A DNA stretch of 55,530 nucleotides, filler included, from Sphacelaria rigidula (GCA_964200075.2; 4 parts of 4 records of this genome joined end to end with filler, not necessarily neighbours in it), one strand, 5' to 3'; shown: positions 1 to 12,027, counted from the first letter of the whole stretch. Numbers and translations: made by a program. Notes: generated from the letters alone by a model not told the origin.

Positions 1-303
1 CCAAGAAAAAAATTGCGAATTCGCCTGCAAAGTACAAATCCGCTTGTAGGCTGGCCCAGCCTGTAAATACAAGCAGTACGGTGAAGTTTGACAGCGAAAG
101 AAGCACATGAAAGACCACTCGTCGGAATATCCGTTCGCCTCCAGTCATCGATCGATCGGCCTCTGTGGACCCTCCTCTGCCGAGATATGCCGGGGGTTCT
201 GTAAGCGGCACGCTGCTCCCTCAAGTAGCCTCAGCGGCGACTGCGCTTATGGTCGGAGTGGCTCACCGCACCATCACAGCGATTCTGCCAAAGAGAAACT
301 AAC

Positions 304-607
304 CTTGTCCTCGCGGTGATCCCTGTCCTTATCGCGCCCCCCTCCTGATGAGCCACCGCGGCGACTGCTACTGCCGTTGTGGGCGTCCCGGGAAGAATCT
401 CGCTCACGCTTCCGGCTGCCCCGGTCTTTCTCCTTGTCCTTGTCGTCGCGACTGTCAGCCCTATCGCGCTCACGTTCCCGATCCCGATCCCGATCTCGCC
501 CGCGATCGCGATCGTCCCGCCCGCCCCCTCCGCCGGAGCGCCCGCTGTTGCCTCGGCCGCTACCACCATCGCGGTCTCTTTCTCGAGACCTTGCTCGATC
601 ACGGTCT
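304..607 (-). CDS. Exon 3 of acidic/RS-RD-rich protein (DRDRARSRERDRDGGSG...DKDRDHREDK); gene probably continues off the left edge
   Basis: Acceptor ctcaccAG at 609-608 and donor AAG|GTTAGT at 303. The phase-2 junction with the 3586-4181 exon (AG|A = Arg) gives an open RD/RS dipeptide frame. Confidence 0.75.
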
Positions 608-891
608 CTGGTGAGGGACGTAACAGCACACGGTCAGGCCATGTTGTGTTTGCGGTGGAGTGTGGCGGACAACGCACGATCGCATGGTTAGGGTCTCACT
701 CAAACCAGGACCGAGAAGTTATGGAAAGGGGGAGCGTATCACCGTGTTCCCTTACAGGCTGTCCCTGGGGAGACTCGGGCAGAATTTTTCTCGGCCAACG
801 TTTTCTACACGCATGCGGAGCAGATGATTACGAAGCATATAAATTATCCCATATTTTCAGTATTTTTGTTTCGTTTTGTGTTGTGTTGTCG

Positions 892-1178
892 CACTTTGAA
901 CCCCTTCCCTTCCTCGGGACGAGTCCGTGGTCTCAAGGGATCAACCCATCTTTCCCCGGTACACGCCTTACATTTTGGTCTCGCTGCTTGGGTCAGCACT
1001 CCCGCACGGCGTCAACTCGCGTCAAACAAACTCAGTCGACTACTTTGTTTCGTCACATTCTCACGCTTTCTACGGTGGAGAATATGTGACGAAGAAAAAT
1101 CCCAACGCATCGGGAATCGAACCCTCTTTCTCCCCATCCTAATGACGACAGTCGGACCTTTACACCACCGGGTCGCGC
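892..1178 (-). mobile_element. tRNA-derived SINE, copy 1
   Basis: Minus strand has an A-box-like TGGTGTAAAGG and B-box GGTTCGATTCCC (1112-1123). The body aligns with copies at 1228-1546, 29660-30010 and 38984-39364. Confidence 0.7.
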
Positions 1179-1227
1179 CGGACTTAGTATGTGGGGAGCA
1201 ATACGATGTCGCTTCGATGGGTCTCGA

Positions 1228-1546
1228 TTTTTCTTCTTTTCTTTACTCACACTTTGAACCCCTTCCCTCCCTCGGGATGAGTCCGTGATGTCAGGGAATC
1301 AACTCATCTCTCCCCCGGTACGCGCCTTACATTTTGGTCTCGCGGATTGGATCAGCACTCCCGCACCCCGTCAACTCACGTCACAATAACCCAGTCGACT
1401 ACTTTGTTTACTCACGTTCTCACGCTTTCCACGGTGAAAATCATGCATTACGAAAAAAACCCAACGCGTCGGGAATCGAACCCCCGTTCTCTCCACCCTA
1501 ATGGCAACAGTCGGACCATCAGACCACCGGGGCGTGGCGGCTTATG
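1228..1546 (-). mobile_element. tRNA-derived SINE, copy 2, with A-rich tail and degenerate 21-bp TSD
   Basis: B-box at 1471-1482 and A-rich tail on the minus strand. Flanked by tgtcgcttcgatgggtctcga (1207-1227) and tgttgcttcaacgggtctcga (1547-1567). Confidence 0.75.
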
Positions 1547-2004
1547 TGTTGCTTCAACGGGTCTCGAGGTGTAAAGGATTACATATACGTGGAATCCCCG
1601 AAAAAACAATTACGCCGCTGTTTCTGGCCCGTGTTATCGTAGATGCGCCGCCATTTTCTTGCACATGGTGTGTACCGCGAACAGCCATTGTGTGCATCCA
1701 GTACAAAGCCGTGGTGAGGGTGTAGAGTATTTCGCAACTCTGAGACACAGCGAAAGGAGTTAAGTCACATGAAAATATTGCTCGTCACCGGAGAAGTTCG
1801 ATTTCATTCTCGCAATCCCATCATATCATTATACGCTGCGCATTTTCGGGACATTCTCTCCTCCCCTCCTCATTTCCCAGGCCGTTTGTGAGAGGTTCGG
1901 GAACAGTTTTCAACAAAAATGGCGCTGAATGAAGTCCGACGCCAAGGGTACTTGTTACGTTTCGGGCGGCTGTCCCCGTTTCTCGGGGTTCCCGACCGTA
2001 GCAT

Positions 2005-2690
2005 GTGCCGCATCCTCGCAACAATTTCACACTTGCTCCTTCTCGGACAATTGTTACAACCGAGAAACGATCTTCGCAAACGCTTTCCTCGATGAAGCCC
2101 AACGTAATTAGTGTACGTCTTCCTCCACCCCGATTTCTCTTCATGGGGTTGCTTCCTCGCCATTTTATACCCCACACTCTCGGAACAATTTCACGTTTGT
2201 TCCCTTTCTTACGGCGTTTCCAAGAACGGGGAGAACAATGATCACAAACTTGCTCCCGAAGGTGGACCCCAGATCAGCAGTGATTACCCGTTCAGAGTTT
2301 CGAGCGGATGATTCAATTTCTCCGGCTGATACGCGGCCTGGAGCGCCGGGGCCGGGCATCTCAACTTCTCGGAACAGTTTCACGCTTGCTCACTTTTTCA
2401 CGCCGTTTTTTCAAATTCGGACATGAAATTTTACGCAAGGCTCCTCAAATGCAGCAACGATGTGCGCAATGTTTGATCATTCCAAGTTTCGGGCGAATAA
2501 ATCGATTTATTTGGGTCATTGACTGCCGGGGGGGTCTAGGCGCCCCCATTCTCGCAGCAGTTTCACGTTTGCTTATTTTTTCCCGCCATTTTCTACAGTT
2601 GGGAGATCGAATGATTTTTATAAGTGTTCCTCAACGTACGCCCGAGGTCCGAAGTGTTTGAGCTTTACTGCTTTCGATCTGTTTCACCGA
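2005..2690. repeat. Degenerate tandem array, ~165-190-bp unit
   Basis: The motif ctcg(g/c)aaca(a/g)tttcac(g/a)(c/t)ttg recurs near 2015, 2178, 2367 and 2550. A reverse-complement array lies at 45300-46210. Confidence 0.6.
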
Positions 2691-2862
2691 TTTATTGGGG
2701 TTGTTCTCCTCCGTAGGGGATCCCAAGCAATCAGTGAAACCGATCGAAAGCAGTGAAGCTCAATCACTTTGGACCTTGGGCGTACGTTAAGGAACACGTA
2801 TGAATTTTATTTGATCTCCCAACTGTAGAAAATGGCGGGAAAAAATAAGCAAACGTGAAACT
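2559..2862. repeat. Long inverted repeat (foldback), ~133-bp arms, ~37-bp loop
   Basis: agtttcacgtttgcttattttttcccgccattttctacagttgggagatc... (from 2559) is the reverse complement of ...gatctcccaactgtagaaaatggcgggaaaaaataagcaaacgtgaaact (to 2862), with scattered mismatches further in. Confidence 0.9.
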
Positions 2863-3585
2863 CCCAAGTCTAAAAAAAGGCACAAGAAGCAGCTGTTTGA
2901 AAAAAAAATGGCGGTCTCCCCTGGACTAGCCCGTAAGACGCAAATGACGAGGTTACACAATCACGGTGTCTTGGTTGAGTTTTCACACCATAGGACTCAC
3001 TGTACTCGTAGAGGGCAGGTTTTTATTTGTGCTTCACTCGTACGTTTCAGTTCAGTTCATCCACGGTAAACGAAACAAAACAAGAGAAATCGATACTTTG
3101 TGGTAGGTATAAGTCTCGACGTGCGCCCCGCCCCCACATACCCTGCAGCTTTTGCTGCTTGTACCTCATCAAATATGAATAGAAGTGGCAGTGCTGACTT
3201 TTTTTATCAACGCCAACAATTGAAGAGGGAAACAATTGGCGTGTATGCCGACAGCTGTCGGCATGTCTTCTCGAAAAAAAATTGCTACCGCCAGTAGGAA
3301 ATGTATTGATCCCTCAGGACTTCGGATTCATCCTCACGAAGGCGAGGATTGAAAAGTATGACACATTAAAAGTGACGCACAATACCCGCCCCGAACTCCC
3401 CCAATGGCAAAGCATATACGAGAAGGAGCTCGCATGTTCATGGTGTGTTTTTTGTCACTACATCGGATTAGGTTTCTTCTACTTTTCTACTAGCTCAAAC
3501 TGACTTCCTTAGCCCCCACGCCAACCCCCATCCCCAGCCCCCGACTCTAGGCTGCCACCATAGCCAACGAAAACTGAAGGTTCAC

Positions 3586-4181
3586 CTATCACGGCCGCCG
3601 CTCTCCCGAGCTCTCTTCCTCTCCCGACGTCGAGACGACGAAGACCGCGACCTGGACCGCCGACTGCTCTTACGCTTCTCGGCGTCGGAGTCCCTCCGGC
3701 TCCCACCATCTCTGTCTCTGTCCCTGTCTCTGTCTCTGTCCCGCTCACGGTGACCCCTGTCTCTCTCGCGATGGCGATCTTTGTCTTTATCCCTGTCCGA
3801 CTTCTTGCTGCTGCGCCGACTGCTACGGTGTCGCCTGTGACGCCCGTCATCATCACTTTCTTCCTCCGGATCTTCCCGCTGGCCCTTTTCGTTACGATTT
3901 TCATCATCCCCGCTACCCTCACCAGCCTCCGAGTCTTCCTGTTCATCCTCGTCGTCGCCGCCGTCGTTGTTGTTGTTGTCGTCCTCCTCCTCCTTGTCTC
4001 CTCCGCTTTCTTCACCTGAGCTCTCATCTTCTGCCTCGCCGTCGCTATCGTCGTTGCTCTTATCCTCGTCGCTGTCCGCTTCTTTGTCTGCCGTAACGCC
4101 GTTGCCGCTATTCCCGTTACGTTTGTGCTTCATGCCCTCTTTTTTCCCTGCCTTTGCATCGTCCCGATTTTTTTCGTGTTC
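3586..4181 (-). CDS. Exon 2 of acidic/RS-RD-rich protein (EHEKNRDD...D/E tract...RSRSRSSSSRRRERKRARESGGRD), probably nuclear/splicing-related
   Basis: Polypyrimidine acceptor tttttcctcAG, donor AG|GTGAAC, 596-nt open frame with strong D/E then R/S/D composition. Phases fit both neighbouring exons. Confidence 0.8.
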
Positions 4182-6169
4182 CTGAGGAAAAAGAAGAGCG
4201 CAGAATATAGTGAGATGTTTTCGGATGAGAAAAGATGGGGAGAGGTTGACATTGACCCCACATGCCCCCAATACTCTTTGAATAATTTGCCCCGACTACA
4301 CTCAAACTGAGAAAAAGGGGGGTGTGATACAGCTTATAAAACATCCGTACAAAGAGCATGTGGAGTAGAGGCCTACGCGGTGTGGTGCGATTGAGGACAA
4401 GAAGACAAGTGCCCTCCAGAAGCGCAGCTCCGGGTAACGAACATTTGCTTTCCCGAGGTGATCTCTAGGCAAGGCACTCACTGTACAAGTGAAACGCAGT
4501 GGGATCACCGAACGACAACCCGCGATGCGTCGAAAACTGGAGAGCGAGGGCGCGTAGAGCAAACTCACGTACAAAACTCGGCATTGAGTCAACACGTCAG
4601 TGAAAAATTCACTTTTGACAACTGAAAGTGAACTTGGCTTCGAGAAGCGGGGGTCACGTGGAGGCTCGACGTTGATTCGCAGATAGCGTAATAGCAAAAC
4701 ATACACTTTTGTTCTTCTAATTACTCATTCTTGTTTTCGTCCTTGTACGGTCCCCTTACCGCCAGCCGTGCATTAGGGGCCTGCCATTCCTGCTATTGTT
4801 TATCGTCGTTCTGTTTTGTTTTTTTTCTGTTTTCACTTCACTGCATTTGCTTCTTCCTTTCCCTTTCATATTTTCCATTTTCGAGTTCCCGTAGGGGGCA
4901 TTCGTTTTTCTTCTGTTCAGCACGTCCGTTCATCTTGGGACCACGTCGGGATCCCCGGCGAAACACTTTATCTGTGACATTACTCTATCAATATTTAAGC
5001 TTGTCCATGATTTCCGACCCGAGGCCTCGGCCTACTTGTATGTTTTTCAGTAATCGGGAACGTTTGCTTATGTTCTCCGCACGATGCGAGCTAGGTGGGG
5101 AGGCTACTTTCGCTGTTCACCAGCTTGACGGGGGATAACACCCCCCGGCGACAACTCTCCAAGCACGATTTTCTCGACACTCAAGACCGCAAACAGGCTG
5201 TGCAGTAGGGTTGACGCTTAACGACAACAATATTTGAAGTGATCAACGGCTTGCCGCCGATTACATCGTGGATGGCGACCGTTGATTCGACGCAGATGAC
5301 TGTGTAAAACCATTTAAAAGCTGGTCAGTGCTCTACAAGGGAAGCGTGGCGAGCCAGCCAAGCGAAACGAAGACGGGGTTGCTGGCGAGAGTAAGGTAGT
5401 GCAGCCGATCTCGGGTCTGAGGCTCGGATTAATTCGGGCTTTGCCGCAGATTTGGATTGAGGAGATGAAAACTTCATATCTGTAGTGATCTGAATATGAA
5501 AAACGATCAGTCCTCTTCATGACGCCTAACGTCGTCTGCATGAAACCCACGTTCCCGAGAGCTGCTTTTGCGCCGGACTTGAAGGTAAGGTCACGAAAAA
5601 TAGTGCATTACCATGGGGGAAAGAGCCCTTCGCGGGGGGCCTGAGGCGGCCACCGCCGATGGCGGCCGCCGAAAGGTCTCTAGCTCGCGCCGAGATGGCT
5701 GGCCGGGGTGACATTTCTCGCCCTGCCCTACACAAAATTCCGATGTCGAGGTATTCGACATTTCAATAATCGTGATTGTGGCAGCATCACCGCGCTGTTC
5801 CTGCATCAAATAAAGATGGAAGAAGATCCGAAAAAAAATAATGACACTTTCTTGTCGAGACAAGAAAAAAAAACGGAGACAACGCCAGCGTCCAAAAGCA
5901 GCACGCTGATTGATCGCCGGGCGCGTCTACAGTTTCGACGACGAATCGTCATGTTGCTTCCGGACGCTTATTTCGTTTTGGCCTTTTTTTTTTCTTGTCT
6001 CGATAAGGCACGGCCTCCCCAGGGGATGCAGTGGATATCACCACTTGGTCCAATGGAACTCTTACGGGATATTATCGCCTAACTTCAGATCTTTGGTGGG
6101 GCTGACAGCCCCACGTGATTCAAGCGTGAACCGAAGGCGTTCATGTCCGACGGGGGCGGCGCCGGCGCG

Positions 6170-6305
6170 AATTCGAAGTCTGCCAACGCACAATTTGCTT
6201 AGGGCACTCTCTGCACCCCCCTTACACGAGGGGTCTCGGTATGAGAAGGGGTTGGGGTTGGGGTTATTCAAAATAAAAAATTCCCACGAAAGTTCTTCGA
6301 AGAGG
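6170..6305. mobile_element. Degenerate relative of the 13148-13429 MITE, opposite orientation
   Basis: Shares caacgcaca..ttgc, tgcacccccc..cgaggg.tct, a GGGTT(A/G) tract and gttcttcgaa, in the same order, with the reverse complement of 13190-13290. Confidence 0.5.
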
Positions 6306-8013
6306 TATTCCACCGCGAGGTAGTTTGACCTCAAGGGATAGTATCGCGGTCACCCTGCTGTATCTTCGTACTTCACTGTCGCGCAACCAACTTTTGCAAA
6401 GAAGCACATGTCGCTCGCCGCACACCGACTCTTCATAATGCCGGACATGCATCTTCACGAATGCGAGGGACGAAAGTGTTACGTGGCTCGAGTGCATGGA
6501 GAGCTAGTGTGCTGTACTTTTGTACTCTACTGTACAGATCAGAACGTCGAACTCTCTTGCCCGTTCCGCTGGAGACCGTGGAATACGTCTCACAAGCCTC
6601 ACAGCACACCGTACGCCAAGTACAATACACTACTTCAGAGTGATGCTTCGAGAGGACAAAATCAAGTGCACCTGGTCTTTCTTTTCTCGTGACCTGCGGG
6701 GCAGCCACACCTCCGGGATGTACTGCATGTCGCTGTGAATATGTCGTCGAGATGTTCCTCGGTAGACGAGATTATTGGGATGTACGGGGCCTTTCCAAAT
6801 TCACAGGAGGCAATCAACGCTGGGTCTCGCCTTGGGGCCGGGGATGCAGGATGCAATGCAAATCCCATGGTGCGTGTTGTGATTTGAAATGTCGTGAAGG
6901 GATGAATATTGGTGTAGACAGTACAGGCAGGCGGTCTCATCCGAGGATTCTGCTCACCAAATTGATGAATGCAGTGTTGTAACGATTGCCGTTATATGCT
7001 GGTCGACCACCTCTACAGAATTACAACGATAGCCGAGCGATACAGGTAGCAGTCATGTAATGAACGGTGCTGCTGCTCGAGACCCATGCACCATAGCCCA
7101 CGCCGCCCAACCGCCGTTCTAAATCCTTACTGCACTTAGGCTGGGGACATTGTACTACGTTGGGCATGTACTGTCTGCTACCCTTTTCTGTGTTGTCGGC
7201 ACCACTTTTCCTGTCAGGAGTGCGGCGCAATGTGGGTTGGGTTTCGATGAGAGAAGTTGGGTGGCAAATGCAGTAGGACATACAGACACTACACTACACT
7301 ACAGCACCACATAAAAGTATAATCTACGATGACGGTACTTATCAGCTGGACAAGAAAAAAAACTACACAAACAACAACTGACCGATCGTGTCATTCTTGA
7401 AAACGTATAAAGCATAACCGCGGCAACAAGTGAGATCTAACGCCATCATGCAGACATTGCCTGCCTTTGGACGCAACACCGACAAGTATGTTGGGGCCTT
7501 GACCAGACAAATCAATTCCTACAAGACGTGCGATAGAAGGCGGGAGGTGGCGGCACATATCCCCCGCCACATTTCGAGCTCCCTCTACGATGGGGGGTAT
7601 TAAAGCAGGAGTACAGTGGTAAACCAGTAGTATAGCGACAACATATGTGGATCCGCCAAAGAGGAGATTATTGTTCAGGCCAAATCGTCATCACCGTCAC
7701 GAGTAAATTCCTCCTGTACATCTCATTCAACAAATCCAGAGGCCATATCTCACCTATCCCCATCTGGAGTGGGTTGCCCCGGAGTATAACACCAAAATTT
7801 CAATTCCCTGAGATAGATACTTCTTTTACGGGCGGTAAGCGCAGACAGTCGGCACGGTACTACAGGACCCGCATGCCAACAAGGCTCTCTGCTCCTTCGC
7901 CCCTTGACACCTCCCCCGCGCTCCGAAAACGTGGTGTACTTGTCAGGACTCGGTGGTTATATCCTGACACATAATCTGATACTGAAATTAATATTGGCAA
8001 GTTGTTGGCTCAC

Positions 8014-8244
8014 ATCGTCCTGGTCTTCATCGCTGGACATCGCCTCGCTTCCATCAGCCGAGGATCCACTAGACTCCACCTCGTCTTTCCTCTTTCGGGA
8101 GGAACGCGCCCTACTCCGTCCATTGGAAGTGGGGGTCTCTTTCTTTCCATGTGTGGTGCGTTTTCTGGTGGAGTTGTTGGCAGATTTGGACGTTTTCTTC
8201 ATCCTGATGTTGTCGATATCGTCGTCTGCCGCTGGCGCGCTCAT
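8014..8244 (-). CDS. Probable first coding exon of the RS-RD-rich protein (MSAPAADDDIDNIRMKK...SSDEDQDD)
   Basis: ATG at 8244, 77 codons, donor GAT|GTGAGC in phase 0 matching the phase-0 acceptor at 4181. Basic (RKRK, NLS-like) then acidic composition continues into exon 2. Confidence 0.6.
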
Positions 8245-8540
8245 TGCACGCCCTGGTCTTTCTCTCCCGCGCTCCTCCTCTCTTCTGGCTGTGGCCTGTC
8301 TTTCTATCCTTCCCCTGTTGCTTGTTATATTTCGCCTCTCTTTTGGTGGTGTGTATGATATACTATTGGCTCAAAGCATGGTCCAATACTCTCGCCTTTA
8401 CCTCCCGATATCAATGGCATATTTTAATGCGTAGCAAATATTATAATATGCTCTCAATAGATTTCTCTGACCCGTGCTTGTAGAACAGAGCACAGCAAGC
8501 CCGAGCGACACATTCCTAGCCACACCACACACCAGCAGAC
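8245..8540. promoter_or_regulatory. Putative bidirectional promoter/5' UTR region between divergent start codons
   Basis: Only 296 bp separate ATG 8244 (-) and ATG 8541 (+). AT-rich core with the perfect palindrome ATATTATAATAT at 8438-8449. Confidence 0.4.
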
Positions 8541-8663
8541 ATGCCGCTGGAAGACCTTCTCAAGAAATCGAACCCGGACAACTATGACAGCTCCGTGGCA
8601 AAGCATATTCCGCGATACCCGGGACTGTCACTAACGGGGCACGTAATCACCAAGAACATCCAG
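8541..8663 (+). CDS. Probable exon 1 of a small membrane protein, DUF1757-like (MPLEDLLKKSNPDNYDSSVAKHIPRYPGLSLTGHVITKNIQ)
   Basis: ATG-initiated 41 codons ending at donor CAG|GTACGA (phase 0). Joined to 11756 it reads IPRYP...GHVITKNIQLGSVVGSVVG, resembling the recalled DUF1757 N-terminus (IP.P....HV..K..Q.G...G). Confidence 0.5.
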
Positions 8664-9489
8664 GTACGACAGTAGTCCGTAGCTGCTGTCAACTGTTGTA
8701 GGATACTATCGTCCAACGTCTACGACCACTGGGCTTGCGCAAAGGCTATTGTTGTTGCTGTAGCGGGATAATTACGCATGCTGATGTATGCAATGACTAG
8801 ATTTACCAATGGGGTGGCTTGCCCACCTTGCCGAGTATTTGAGGCAGCATCCCATCAAAACCCCGATCTAGTGCCGTGGCGAACCGCGTCGTGGTGACGG
8901 ACAAAAATGACTGCGCATGAACAACCTTTCGTGAGCGGGATATATCTGCGGAATACAGTTTTATCTGGGCAGAATTGGGCTTGGTCTCGTGTTGGAGCCG
9001 CATCTTTCATCCTCTAGCCGCTCGGGGTGCCATCTAGCACTTTTGGCCATTTTTTTAAGTCAAAACGATGCCGATTCAACCGATGGCCAACCCTGACAGT
9101 CCAAGAGGTACTCATGCATTTTTGAGCGCCTGGGGGCGAACTGGCTTTTCTTTCTCGTTTCTGCTTTGCTTTTTGCAGTGGTTCGGGACAACTGTTTGTG
9201 GTCCATGGACAACGCCGATATATGCAACATGTTGCCACACAAATGCTACAGTTTTGCCGGGCGGCCTGAATGTCCAAAGCATGCCACCTCTTCCGCGTCG
9301 CTGTCGAGTTGACTTTCGTCCACATTTCTCTCCAATCGATTGCAGGGGATTTCTTCGGGGATTGGTCGATACCCTCGGAACGTTCCTTGGGTTCTTTCCC
9401 CTTTCCTGACCTGTCGGTTTCGATGTTTGAAATCGTTCTTTAGTTGGTATTGGGCGGGGGGGGGGGGGGTTGTATTTTCATTTTCCACT

Positions 9490-9610
9490 ATTTTGGGACC
9501 CGTGAGACAGCATTTAGCCCCCAAACAGGGAATACCACCATCGAATGTCTTGCACACTGTGCAACATCCCACCGAGTGGAGTCTAGCTCGCTGTTCCGAT
9601 TCGCTTGGTC
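9490..9610. repeat. Dispersed repeat, reverse-complement homolog of 29520-29640
   Basis: The reverse complement gctagactccactcggtgggatgttgcacagtgtgcaagacattcgatggtggtattccctgtttggggg aligns with gctagacttctgtcggtggggcgatgcaaagcgttcaagacgtgtgatgacgatattcccggtttggga. Confidence 0.6.
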
Positions 9611-11755
9611 CCAAGGTTTTCTTCACGTGAAAATACCTGCGTACGCAAGGGTCTGTCAAGATAATTTTTTCGGACATGGACCTACCCTTGCAATTGAGTA
9701 TACTCTACTCGACCTACCCTTGCAGTTTTGCAACAGCCATTTTGGGGCCTTTTTTCTGGGGGGGGTACCGCAGCGGCTAGTCACAGACCGTTTTGTAATT
9801 TTTTCGAAAGTGAGCATCATCTTTACGACCTCCACATGTAACGATACCGTACCCAACACGCATCCTTGACAATTTTACACATCTACGCTATTGCCATCCT
9901 CCAAGAATCGGCGGGACTGTCGGCGGAATCACTGATTGGGTCGGTCCTTGTGCACCATCTTCTGGGACCCGGAGTTTTGCTCATGGCGCCGCCACGCTGC
10001 GCCTGACCCTCGTTGCCCGCAGCAACACTACACACCCTGGACAATATATGTCAAATAGTTTCAATAGACACAAAATGGCATCGGCGGTAAGCTTTGCTCA
10101 AGGCGGGATCATCGGTGATGATTTCACGCGTAGGGTGGTCTGAATAGTGTCGCTCTTAATTGGTGCATCTAGTGCACAAAGCAACGCCGATAGGTGGCGA
10201 CCACGCTCAGGGCACCAGGCCAAAAGGACGCGTGCCGGCTAGTACATTGTGCATTCAGTCTACGTGAAGAAGAATTAGGTCATTCGCTTTAACGAGCAAG
10301 TGACACGACACACTCTTGTGCATGCATGCCTTGTACAGCCAATTGCGCCGCCTTCGAAACTGACAACTTCACAAAAAGTCAGTGTGAAACTACTGTGTGA
10401 TGTGTTGCACCCCATTTTCTCATACGTGACTACTGTACAAAGCCAAAGCTACTGTAACGTGCTCTGCAGTGCAATCACGCACAGTATTCTGTCACCTGCA
10501 GTCCAATACGGCGTGTTAACACAACACTAGATGCCCCGTTAATGCCGACATGATTGAAGGCATATCGTTTGGCGGGGCGATGTGGCGAAACCAAACCCAC
10601 ATTACAGGCAAGTACGGTTATGCACTTGTCCCCATCTCTCCTGTGCTGCCGCACCGGCGCAGCGGTTACGCCAGTATGGTTTGGTTCGAGGATTATGCGG
10701 CGTAACTGCAGCTGGTGTATCTTTCGACGGTTGACCAGTGCCATTTTCGACTTTTGGTCTTCATTTTGGTTGTTGAGTTCTCAACCGCCGCTGCAGGCAC
10801 CAGCATGAAGCTGGATGCACCAGTCGGGCACACCACAGCCAGTGTATGTACCGAAGCACAGCCCCTTTCCTTCCCTGAGCAAATTAAACAAAGCGAATTC
10901 CGATTTTGGACTATACCGTCTGTATGCCCTCAAAACGGCTATATCACGGCCGAGATTCTGTGCATCGTGAGCGAATGCATATGTGGAGATTGGTCGGGCA
11001 CTCACTTCCGCATCATGACTAGCTGGGAGACTGCAGTGCTCGCCAACAAACATAAATCAGTTCTGGTGCCGCCTTTGGATGATGAAAATATGTAAAAGAA
11101 CAATTCCGGTATCGACTGTAGATATGCTCAGATCAGGACGCACGGTCGTGCGCGCGCTGTCGTCGCTACTATGCGCTGAAACTTTGCGAACGTGTCATGT
11201 AGACCACAATCAACGAGTCCATGCGTCTAGAGCTGGGGTTGGGCGTTGCAGCAGTGCGCGAGGGGATGAAAAGAGCTCCATTTCTGTTCCGAAATATATA
11301 TTTTTAATTTTATTTTCGCGCAAGACTGTCTTGCCCAAACCTGCATTTGTCTAGGAGACCGGTCATTTTCCTTGGAGACCGGTTCAGTCCAGAAACTGTT
11401 TGGTAGATTTCCAAAATAAAGCTGCGGCCACCGAGAAAAGGCACAGGTGTGCAGAAACCATCTCAACGAGTACAGAAAGGCACTTCAAGGTGTCAAAAGC
11501 TGCCTTGCTGTCTTTTAGGGCGTAAAACGACGAAGAAGCTCCGAAGAGGCACTTTTCCAGATTTTCTTTTTGTCTCCCATAGCGAGGGGCCTAAGGGGCA
11601 TATATACACACACGTTTTTTATATCAAGAGTTAAGTTTTACTAAAGGAGAACCGAAGACTGCGCCGTAAATTGATTTGGGCTGTCAAACATTTTCTTTGC
11701 CCGTCCTCGGTGTTCCTGTCCCCCTTTTTTGCGTGTTTGATGCGCTGATGCTCAG

Positions 11756-11811
11756 CTCGGCAGTGTCGTGGGATCGGTGGTGGGAACAGGCTGGTGGCTC
11801 GCACGTCCAAA
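11756..11811 (+). CDS. Probable exon 2 of the DUF1757-like protein (LGSVVGSVVGTGWWLARP)
   Basis: Pyrimidine-rich tract, ctgat branch-like site, ctcAG acceptor and canonical AA|GTAAGT donor. Encodes a GxxxG hydrophobic segment in phase 0. Confidence 0.5.
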
Positions 11812-12027
11812 GTAAGTTACTGTACTGTCCTGAATTCTTTTCATTTTGTGTTACCGTCTTGCGAAGTGAGGGGCGGCGTTACAATACGTATACTTCCTTC
11901 TTTGCTTTTATCTGTTTTTTCTTTCCTCTGCATTCTTTATGTTTTTTTCCTGCTTTATTGATCTTTTTTGTTCAGTTTACTGTACGTTCTCCTTTCGCTC
12001 ATCTTCCCCCCCCTCTCCCCCCCGAGG

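Noticed and set aside
348-1089. Plus-strand ORFs with SR-like or hydrophobic repeats (also 3750-4185 and 7904-8434)
   Set aside because: These are antisense shadows of the minus-strand low-complexity exons, which carry the splice signals.
1100-1180. Functional tRNA gene (also ~1460-1535 and ~38990-39060)
   Set aside because: Box motifs are present but there is no full cloverleaf, and each is attached to a conserved SINE body.
5612-5722. Possible extra in-frame minus-strand exon of the RS-RD gene (GEKCHPGQ...ALSPM)
   Set aside because: It has AG/GT ends and phase 0-0, but the acceptor is weak, the composition is unlike the flanking exons and the model does not need it. RNA-seq would decide.
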